Translations under genes and position numbers: made by a program
NCBI GenBank assembly: GCA_965261005.1
Contig: OZ253375.1
Span: 704,001 to 768,000, forward strand
Direction of reading: 5' to 3'
Source: Deinococcus sp.
GTDB taxonomy: Bacteria > Deinococcota > Deinococci > Deinococcales > Deinococcaceae
Length of the DNA stretch: 64,000 nucleotides
The notes under the pieces: model-generated
What the model was told of the DNA's origin: nothing
The model's input: the letters and a program-made list of their open reading frames with translations, nothing else
The model's database searches: none
Shown: one piece after another, positions 54,077-64,000 of the stretch
How positions within the stretch are numbered: the first letter of the stretch is position 1
Layout of the letters: every line of letters starts with the position of its first letter

Positions 54077-54607
54077 GTGAAAAATGCATTGCTCTTGGCG
54101 GTGAGCGCCGTCTTGTTGTCTTCATGCAACGTTCTGCTGGAGGGGAACGGGCCGGGAAGGAGTGGCGTCCGCATCGACGCCCTGCGCTTCGACAGCAACT
54201 TCACGCTTGGCAACGGCGTTTCTTACGGGAACGTCTACTTCCCGCGCGGCGGCCCCGTGATCTGCGACAACGTGACCACCGTCCTGAGCTACGGCTTCGT
54301 CTACGGCGGCGACCTCGCCAGCTGGACCAGCACGCTCGTCGGCCTCACGACCGGGCAGGAATCCGACGACCAGGAGTTCTACCTGACCAACTACCCACCG
54401 CTGAACGGCACCGTCACGGTGAACAACTACTACGTCGGGCCGCGCACGGTCCCGCTGAACCTCGGCAAGGTCAAGGCCCAAGGCATTGTCGTGAACCCAG
54501 AGGTGATCGGCGTGACCAAGGTGCGCGTGCGCGCCTTCGATTCGTACGGTCAGTCAGACTACGAGACGTACAGCAACCCGCTGCCCGTGCTGGGCAATTG
54601 TTACTAG
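54077..54607 (+). CDS. Lipoprotein of unknown function (paralog 1)
   Basis: Lipobox LSSC; VICDN, AQGIVVNP, terminal NCY. Confidence 0.75.
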   Translation: MKNALLLAVSAVLLSSCNVLLEGNGPGRSGVRIDALRFDSNFTLGNGVSYGNVYFPRGGPVICDNVTTVLSYGFVYGGDLASWTSTLVGLTTGQESDDQEFYLTNYPPLNGTVTVNNYYVGPRTVPLNLGKVKAQGIVVNPEVIGVTKVRVRAFDSYGQSDYETYSNPLPVLGNCY

Positions 54608-54617
54608 GAGGAAACGT

Positions 54618-55172
54618 ATGAAGAAGACACTGATGTTGATGGGTGTAGGTGTATTGCTGGCGAGCTGCGGCTCTACTCAGGTTGGCTCGGCGAAGCTGAC
54701 CATCACGGGTTTGCGCACCGAGTACCGGACCACAGCCGGAGCGTATGTGGCCTGCGATAACGTGGCCTATCCTGACGGCACGACGACCAGCACGACCCAA
54801 GTCGCCGCTGCTTTCAACGCGACGGGCGACGTGTCCTCAGTGCAAGTAGCTTTACACGGCAACTCTACAGCCAAGTACGACAACAACTACGTGGCGACCT
54901 TTACACGCGAGCAGCTCGACGCAGTTGGAGGCAACGATTTCGTGGCCCTCTTTGATGCGGACGCGTCCAAGAACGTCTTGCCTCAGAGCATCACGGTCAA
55001 CCCAGCCAGGCGATACATCAAGATCGTCACACCCGTCGGCGATTCCCCTGGCAGCTTCCGCACGGATATCACCCTCACGAATGAAGGCAACTCGGGCACC
55101 GCCTTTGGTTTGACCAACATTGCCGTTTATACGGGCTGCAACGTGACGAGCAAAACGGACGAGCAACTTTAA
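54618..55172 (+). CDS. Lipoprotein of unknown function (paralog 2)
   Basis: AGGAGG RBS; lipobox LASC; VACDN, PQSITVNP, C-terminal GC. Confidence 0.8.
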   Translation: MKKTLMLMGVGVLLASCGSTQVGSAKLTITGLRTEYRTTAGAYVACDNVAYPDGTTTSTTQVAAAFNATGDVSSVQVALHGNSTAKYDNNYVATFTREQLDAVGGNDFVALFDADASKNVLPQSITVNPARRYIKIVTPVGDSPGSFRTDITLTNEGNSGTAFGLTNIAVYTGCNVTSKTDEQL

Positions 55173-55187
55173 CCTTCCCAGCTGTGC

Positions 55188-55218
55188 GCGGCCCCTCCAC
55201 GGGGCCGCCGTCTTTTTT
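55188..55218 (+). terminator. Rho-independent terminator
   Basis: gcggcccc-tccac-ggggccgc followed by a T run. Confidence 0.75.
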
Positions 55219-55272
55219 CACCTCTAAACAGCCCATCACATTTCATCAGCTTTTCTCCCGAACAATACGGGC

Positions 55273-55779
55273 ATGAACAAGCTGTTCGTTCTGCCGCTCG
55301 CCCTGCTGCTCGCCGCCTGCGCGCCCCGCGCGACCGAACAGGTGGCCGCGCCGACGGTCGCGCCGACGCTCTTTGATGCCCAAAACCAGCAGACCTTCTG
55401 CGTCAGCCGCAACGCCTACCTGGACTTCGGCCTGGACTACGCCGGCGACGTGAACCGCGTCGAGGTGTACGCGACCGAGGCGGGCAGCGGGGCGCCCGGC
55501 GGGCAAAATCCGGGGCGCTTCGTGGGCGGCTCTGGCGACGTGTTCAGGATCAACCGGGGGCACGTCTCGGGCAGCGTCGTGTTCCAGCCCGAGGCGGGCA
55601 GCGTGCGGGTGGTGCCGACGGGCGGCGCGCAGGCGCTCGCGATCACGGTCAACCCGGCCACCAGTTACGAGCTGTACTTCCGGGCCTACTCGGCCTCCGG
55701 CGCGCCGTCCGCCTTTGTCGCGGGGCAAACAATCACGCCGGACGACAGCGTGAACTGTGACCCCGATTTGCGCTACTGA
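55273..55779 (+). CDS. Lipoprotein of unknown function (paralog 3)
   Basis: Lipobox LAAC; FCV, AQALAITVNP, C-terminal NC. Confidence 0.75.
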   Translation: MNKLFVLPLALLLAACAPRATEQVAAPTVAPTLFDAQNQQTFCVSRNAYLDFGLDYAGDVNRVEVYATEAGSGAPGGQNPGRFVGGSGDVFRINRGHVSGSVVFQPEAGSVRVVPTGGAQALAITVNPATSYELYFRAYSASGAPSAFVAGQTITPDDSVNCDPDLRY

Positions 55780-55808
55780 TTTTCCAAGCCCACCTATACT
55801 GGGGCCAC

Positions 55809-56237
55809 ATGGCTCACAACAACACAGCCCACAACGATACAGCCCACAGCGACGCGGCCCTGTACGACCAGTGGATTCTTTTGATGGGCTGGCTGCGCGA
55901 GGTGGCCCAGGCGCGCGGCCTCGGCTTCGAGAAGGTCTCCGACTTTCCCGACTACATTTACCGCATGGAGCGGCCCTACGATTTGCCCACGACGGTGGCG
56001 AGCGTGGGCGTCACCCACGGAGGGCAGCCGCTGCTGATCGCCTCGGTGTCGCCGCGCCACGTCCAGCTCAAGAGCGTGCAGCTGCGTTTGATGGGCGGCA
56101 GCAAACACTGGCACCTGCACGCGGGCGACGGCGGCCTGCTGGAAGGCAAACGCCCCTTCACCCAGGAGCGGCTGACCGCCATCGTGGACGGGGCGCTGGA
56201 GGGGCTGGTGCGGACCCTCTCAGCCCCCTCTACCTGA
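55809..56237 (+). CDS. nqo15: NADH-quinone oxidoreductase subunit 15 (frataxin-like)
   Basis: LY..W..L..W.RE.AQA.G..FEK..DFPD.IYRMERPYDLPTT...VSPRH matches Thermus Nqo15 as recalled. Confidence 0.88.
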   Translation: MAHNNTAHNDTAHSDAALYDQWILLMGWLREVAQARGLGFEKVSDFPDYIYRMERPYDLPTTVASVGVTHGGQPLLIASVSPRHVQLKSVQLRLMGGSKHWHLHAGDGGLLEGKRPFTQERLTAIVDGALEGLVRTLSAPST

Positions 56238-56682
56238 TCCACACAAAGGCCGTCAGCGCCGCCAGCACGCCGAGAAGCGCGCCCACCGCCACCTCCAGGT
56301 AGGTGTGGCCCAGCAAGACCCGCAGCGGCTTGGGCGCGAAGCCCTCGCGGACCACGTCGCGCAGCTCGGTCAGCAGCTCGTTGAGAACGCGGGCCTGCTG
56401 GCCGCTGGAGTGGCGCACGCCGGTCGCGTCGTAGATCACGATCAGCGAGAAGACCACCGCCACGGCGAACAGGGGGGCGCCCACCCCCTCGGTCAGGCCG
56501 ACGCCAGTGGACAGGGCGACCACCATGGCGGTGTGGCTCGACGGCATGCCGCCGGTCTCCACGAACTTGTCGGGTTCCCAACGGCCCGTAAAGGCGAGAA
56601 TGAGCAGCACCTTGATGACCTGCGCGCTCAGGCTCGCGAGCACGGCAGTCCACAGCCAACGGTTATTGAGGAGTTCAAGCAC
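56230..56682 (-). CDS. Divergent PAP2 family (DUF212) protein
   Basis: TGGMPSSH, YDA.GVR..G.QA..LN, LGHT..EV. Confidence 0.9.
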   Translation of the reverse strand: MLELLNNRWLWTAVLASLSAQVIKVLLILAFTGRWEPDKFVETGGMPSSHTAMVVALSTGVGLTEGVGAPLFAVAVVFSLIVIYDATGVRHSSGQQARVLNELLTELRDVVREGFAPKPLRVLLGHTYLEVAVGALLGVLAALTAFVWIR

Positions 56683-56694
56683 GGGCGTCCCAGT

Positions 56695-57567
56695 CTAGCG
56701 GTATCCGCCGCTGGGCTGAGCCTGGAAAGCGCGCTCCGCCGCCGTCACGGTGTTGGCCAGCAGCTGCGCCACCGTCATGGGGCCGACGCCGCCGGGCACC
56801 GGCGTGAGGGCGCCCGCCACCCCCGCCACCTCCGGGTGAACGTCGCCGGAGAGGCGCGGCTTATCGAACTCCTGAAGCCGGTTGATCCCCACGTCAATCA
56901 CCGTTGCGCCGGAACGGACCATCGCCGGGGTGATGGCGTGCGCCCGGCCCACGGCCACGCACAGCAGCTCAGCCTCGCGGGTGACGGCGGCCAAGTCGGG
57001 CGTGCGCGAGTGGGCCACCGTCACGGTCGCGTCGGCGCGCAGCAGCAAGGCGGCCAGCGGCTTGCCGACGATGTTGCTGCGGCCGACGATCACGGCGCGC
57101 CTGCCGGCAAGGGACACGTCGTAGTACGCCAGCAATTTCATCACCCCCTGCGGCGTGCAGGGGGGCAGCGCCTCGCCCCCCGTCCACAGCCCGCCCACGT
57201 TGAGGGGATGAAAGCCGTCCACGTCCTTGGCGGGGTCAATCGCCGAGATAACCCGCGCGGCGCTCACCTGCGCCGGCAGCGGCAGCTGCACCAGAATGCC
57301 GCTCACGGCGGGGGCGCGGTTCAGGCGCGCAATCAGGGCCAGCAGCTCGCCTTCCGGGGTGGCCGCGTCCAGCGCGTGTACGGTCGAGCCGAGGCCGATC
57401 TCGCGCGCCCGCCTCGCCTTGAGGTTCACGTAGCTGACCGAGGCCGGGTCGTCGCCGAGGCGGATCACGTGCAGGTGGGGAACCTGCGGCAAGCGCACCA
57501 AACGGGCGGCGGCGTCCTCCAGCACGGCCGCCGCCGCCGGCGCGCCGAAGAGAAGGCGGGCGCTCAA
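56695..57567 (-). CDS. folD: Methylenetetrahydrofolate dehydrogenase/cyclohydrolase
   Basis: YV..K, GILVQLPLP, KDVDGFH, PCTP, GRSNIVGKP, TPVPGGVGPMT. Confidence 0.97.
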   Translation of the reverse strand: MSARLLFGAPAAAAVLEDAAARLVRLPQVPHLHVIRLGDDPASVSYVNLKARRAREIGLGSTVHALDAATPEGELLALIARLNRAPAVSGILVQLPLPAQVSAARVISAIDPAKDVDGFHPLNVGGLWTGGEALPPCTPQGVMKLLAYYDVSLAGRRAVIVGRSNIVGKPLAALLLRADATVTVAHSRTPDLAAVTREAELLCVAVGRAHAITPAMVRSGATVIDVGINRLQEFDKPRLSGDVHPEVAGVAGALTPVPGGVGPMTVAQLLANTVTAAERAFQAQPSGGYR

Positions 57568-58049
57568 GCTTCCGGCTCCTCCACAAGTTCTGGCTCTCGC
57601 GTGGGTTCTGGCCCGCGCGTGCGCCCGAAGCTGCCCAGCACGCCGTTCACGAACTTGCCCGACTCCTCACCGCCGTACTTGCGCGCGAGGCGCACAGCCG
57701 ACTCGATCACGACCGGGGCCGGCTGGTCGCCGTGCAGCAGCTCGTACACCGCGAGGCGCAGCACGTTGAGGTCGGTCTGGGCCATCTGCGCGAAGCTCCA
57801 GCCCCGAATGGTCCCGCGCAACGCGCCGTCCACCTCCTCGCGCCCCGCCTCGTAGCCGAGGACCAGCGAGCGGGCGAAGTCGCGCGCCTCGCCGGCGAGA
57901 GAAACCTCGCCCTCCGCCTCCACCCGCGTCAGCGTCTCCGCAATTGGCGTCCCGCCCTGCGCCGCCTCGAACAGCACCCGAAAGGCGAGGTCGCGCGCCG
58001 CGCGGCGGCTGGACTGCGGCGCCTGGGCCTGTTCACGGCGGCGCGTCAT
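57564..58049 (-). CDS. nusB: Transcription antitermination factor
   Basis: RR.AR..A...LF, D..VLRLA.YE, LA..YG...S.KFVNGVL. Confidence 0.93.
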   Translation of the reverse strand: MTRRREQAQAPQSSRRAARDLAFRVLFEAAQGGTPIAETLTRVEAEGEVSLAGEARDFARSLVLGYEAGREEVDGALRGTIRGWSFAQMAQTDLNVLRLAVYELLHGDQPAPVVIESAVRLARKYGGEESGKFVNGVLGSFGRTRGPEPTREPELVEEPEA

Positions 58050-58086
58050 CGCCTTCCCCAAGTTAAGCCCCGAGTCAAACCCCAGG

Positions 58087-58419
58087 TCAAGCGCTGCCCC
58101 TGGGCAAGTTCAACCCCTGCACGGTGACGTTTACGGCGCGCACCCTCAGGCCGGTCATGCTCTCCACGTTCTCGGTGACGGCCTGTTGGGCGCGCTGGGA
58201 CAGACCCAGCAAATTCTTGCCGTACTCGACGTTCACGCCCACGTCGAAGGTCACGCCCTCCCCCTCGCGGCTCACCTTGAGCGCCCGCGGGCGCCGGGCG
58301 GTGCGGCCCAGCACCTCGCCCACCTTGATGGGGGCGGCGGCGATCTCCAGCCCCTCGATGCCCGACAAGGCCGTGCTGGCGATGTCGTACAGCACGTTTT
58401 TGGCAATGTCCACTTCCAT
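58087..58419 (-). CDS. Asp23/Gls24 family protein
   Basis: VEYG......Q..V...VE.MTGL.V..VNV.V; upstream of nusB. Confidence 0.88.
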   Translation of the reverse strand: MEVDIAKNVLYDIASTALSGIEGLEIAAAPIKVGEVLGRTARRPRALKVSREGEGVTFDVGVNVEYGKNLLGLSQRAQQAVTENVESMTGLRVRAVNVTVQGLNLPRGSA

Positions 58420-58456
58420 AGCTTCTCTCCCCTATCCCAGCATCCATGGCCCGGCG

Positions 58457-60595
<2,139 letters not shown>

Positions 60596-60661
60596 TTAAA
60601 ACGTTGTTGTATATTTCTTTATGAACGGTGGAACAACGCCGCTTCCCTGGAGGAAACGACC

Positions 60662-61786
<1,125 letters not shown>

Positions 61787-61802
61787 GCGAAGGGTTGAGT
61801 TG

Positions 61803-61832
61803 AAGCGCCCCCGGAATATCGGGGGCGCTTTT
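61803..61832 (+). terminator. Rho-independent terminator
   Basis: aagcgcccccg-gaatat-cgggggcgctt-tt. Confidence 0.8.
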
Positions 61833-61842
61833 GAAGTTGCCC

Positions 61843-61871
61843 TTGACCCTGCTCAAGCACGTCACTAGGAT
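61843..61871 (+). promoter_or_regulatory. Sigma-70 promoter of tRNA-Val
   Basis: TTGACC-N17-TAGGAT. Confidence 0.7.
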
Positions 61872-61886
61872 GTGGAGGCTGACTTC

Positions 61887-61961
<75 letters not shown>

Positions 61962-62141
61962 GAAAAAGCGGGTGCAGGATGTAAGGGAGGCTGTTGCTCT
62001 GTGTCCTTCCTCACTGCTCATTGTTTAACCATTCCTATTCCAGCTGCAACCCATGTGACGGCAGACGTGAATAGCCCACCGAGGTGACCCCCGGCGCCCA
62101 CGACATTCACCTGACAAGAGGTCCATTACTCTGGAGATCAC

Positions 62142-62897
62142 ATGTCTCCCCTGCTCAGCGTCAAGAACGTCAACATCTACTACAACGACAAGCGCGCCGT
62201 ACACGACGTCAGCATGGACATCGAGCGCGGCACCGTCAACGCCCTGATCGGCCCCAGCGGCTGCGGCAAGACCACCTTTTTGCGGGCGCTGGACCGCATG
62301 CACGACCTGACGCCGGGGGCGCGCGTCGAGGGTCAGATTCTGCTGGACGGCGAGGACATCTACGGCGATGTGGACCCCGTGACCATTCGCCGCCGGGTCG
62401 GCATGGTCTTTCAAAAGCCCAATCCCTTTCCCACCATGACGGTGTTCGACAATGTGGTCAGCGGCCTCAAGCTGGCCGGCACACGCGACCGCCGCACCTT
62501 ACTGGAGGTGGCCGAGCGCAGCTTGCGCCAAGCCGCGTTGTGGGACGAGGTGAAGGACCGGCTGAACACCCCGGCCACCGGCCTCTCGGGCGGACAGCAG
62601 CAACGCCTGTGTATTGCGCGCGCGCTCGCCGTGGAACCGGAAGTCCTGCTGATGGACGAGCCGACCAGCGCCCTCGATCCGCAAAGCACCGCCCGCATCG
62701 AGGACTTGATGGGCGACCTCAAAAAGGCCGTGACCATCGTGATCGTGACCCACAACATGCAGCAGGCGGCGCGCGTCAGCGACACCACCAGCTTCTTTCT
62801 GAACGGCGACATGATCGAGCGCGGCCTGACCGACCAAGTATTCACCAGCCCCAAGGACGAGCGCACCGAGGCCTACGTGACCGGCCGCTTCGGTTGA
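62142..62897 (+). CDS. pstB: Phosphate ABC transporter ATPase
   Basis: [51 protein letters not shown]. Confidence 0.96.
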   Translation: MSPLLSVKNVNIYYNDKRAVHDVSMDIERGTVNALIGPSGCGKTTFLRALDRMHDLTPGARVEGQILLDGEDIYGDVDPVTIRRRVGMVFQKPNPFPTMTVFDNVVSGLKLAGTRDRRTLLEVAERSLRQAALWDEVKDRLNTPATGLSGGQQQRLCIARALAVEPEVLLMDEPTSALDPQSTARIEDLMGDLKKAVTIVIVTHNMQQAARVSDTTSFFLNGDMIERGLTDQVFTSPKDERTEAYVTGRFG

Positions 62898-62996
62898 AGA
62901 ATTTTTCAACATCTTAAAACTCTCTTCACCACAACGTGCCGGCGGCTGACGTTCTCCTGAAGAACTGGCGCCACACTGATGTGAAACAGGTTCTTT

Positions 62997-63656
62997 ATGC
63001 GCGACGCCCTCACCTCCAGCATTCACGACCTCTCCAACGGCTTTCTGCGCATGCAGAGCGTCGCCTTGGAGCAGCTCGCCCACCTGCGCGAGGCGCTGCT
63101 GACAGGAGACTTTCGCGGACTGACCGGGGCCACCGCCGAGCTTGAGCAGGAACTCGACCGCTTGGAACGCGAGTTGGAAACGGCCTGCCTGACCGGCATC
63201 GCGCGCTACCAACCGGTTGCCAGCGATCTGCGCTTTTACATGACCGTGTTCAAAAGCCTGGCCGACTTGGAACGGGTGGGCGATTACGGCCGGCAGACCG
63301 GGCGCGACCTGGAGGAATTGGCGGGCAGCCTGCGCAGCAGCTCCCTTCAGGACGTGCTGCCCCTGGTCACGCGACTCGCGGAAATGGTCGAGCGACTCGC
63401 GTTCGCCTTCGCAGAGCGCGACCTGGGCGCCGCCCGCGAGGTGACCAGCCTCGACGACGACGTGGACGCCTTTTACGGGCAGCTTCAGCGCGCCAGCCTG
63501 ACCCGTATTCTGGAGGACCCGCGCGATTTGCACGTCTCGCTGCGAATCAGCCGCCTCGCGCGCAGCTTGGAGCGCCTCGGCGACCACGTGGTCAATGTGG
63601 CCGAGCGGCTGGAAGCGTGGCTCATTCATAGACCCCAGCCGGCCACAATAGAGTAG
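62997..63656 (+). CDS. phoU: Phosphate signalling complex protein
   Basis: YQPVASDLR, DLERVGD, DD.VD, LERLGDH..N.AE. Confidence 0.95.
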   Translation: MRDALTSSIHDLSNGFLRMQSVALEQLAHLREALLTGDFRGLTGATAELEQELDRLERELETACLTGIARYQPVASDLRFYMTVFKSLADLERVGDYGRQTGRDLEELAGSLRSSSLQDVLPLVTRLAEMVERLAFAFAERDLGAAREVTSLDDDVDAFYGQLQRASLTRILEDPRDLHVSLRISRLARSLERLGDHVVNVAERLEAWLIHRPQPATIE

Positions 63657-63680
63657 ACCCCTATGTCGCACAGATGGCGC

Positions 63681-63709
63681 TTGACAGCGTTGAGGGAAAA
63701 TTGTATAAG
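63681..63709 (+). promoter_or_regulatory. Near-consensus sigma-70 promoter with overlapping inverted repeat
   Basis: TTGACA-N17-TATAAG; gtataa-N10-ttatac at 63703-63724. Confidence 0.75.
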
Positions 63710-63769
63710 TTGTGAAAATTATACTTAGGGCGTCTCGGTATACTTCGTTCATTTCAACAAGGCCTCTCG

Positions 63770-63868
63770 ATGGATCAGTTCATGAACGGCGCCGCCGGCA
63801 CCGTCTCGGGGAACACCGCTGCGGCCACCGAGCCGGTTCTCGACACCTCACACCCCTTCAAGTTCTAA
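63770..63868 (+). CDS. Candidate 32-aa small protein or leader peptide (MDQFMNGAAGTVSGNTAAATEPVLDTSHPFKF)
   Basis: Lies between the promoter and a hairpin; mostly GC-ending codons; weak RBS (AAGG). Confidence 0.35.
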   Translation: MDQFMNGAAGTVSGNTAAATEPVLDTSHPFKF

Positions 63869-63897
63869 TTCGAGTCCTGAGAGCAGCACATGGAGCG

Positions 63898-63930
63898 GGG
63901 CGGCCGGGAATGATTTCCGGCCGCCCTTTA
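63898..63930 (+). terminator. Terminator-like hairpin
   Basis: gggcggccgggaa-tga-tttccggccgccc-ttta. Confidence 0.65.
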
Positions 63931-64000
63931 CCGCTGCCCTTTGCCATTAGACTGTTCCGCGTGACCAGAGCCGCGACCGTCCAGCGCCACACCACGGAGA

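Noticed and set aside
63731..63870. TCTCG recurring at ~32-39-nt spacing, considered as a mini CRISPR-like array
   Set aside because: Only 5-bp matches, irregular spacing, and no cas or other effector gene in view
63712..64000. Open frame from GTG 63712 to the window end
   Set aside because: The start lies between the -10 box and the likely TSS, composition is atypical and the frame crosses the terminator hairpin

Overview
GC-rich chromosomal segment, most likely Deinococcota (Deinococcus-like). This rests on a Thermus-type Nqo15, many leaderless genes with a TAnnnT box 5-10 nt before the start, and a Deinococcus-style small non-coding repeat. Most of it is housekeeping: rpoD, pdxH, mutM, aroE, phoH-ybeY-dgkA-corC-cdd, gnd-zwf-opcA-pgl, gltX, argS, folD, nusB, ligA, tRNA-Val(TAC), pstB-phoU. 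There is no CRISPR array, prophage, integrase or transposase. Points of interest: (1) an integrase-free 3.3-kb insert (secreted phospholipase A2 plus a DesK/DesR-like two-component system) between ~90%-identical 307-bp direct repeats, with a broken GH2 gene joined by microhomology at one end; (2) a translationally coupled operon that looks like a non-cellulosomal cohesin-dockerin assembly carrying a catalytically dead metalloprotease-like domain; (3) a class 3 (Ala1, WCT) LAGLIDADG intein in PhoH; (4) an MDDPPS leader ORF with an attenuator-like hairpin coupled to corC; (5) a GTAG-REP palindrome translated in frame inside tam; (6) about a dozen degenerate 15-bp tandem duplications, mostly on start or stop codons; (7) two inverted copies of a structured ~160-bp repeat flanking MFS-plsC; (8) three tandem lipoproteins sharing a Q-x-I-x-V-N-P-like motif; (9) a small promoter-ORF-terminator unit at the right end. 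All family calls come from recognising motifs by eye; no searches were run.
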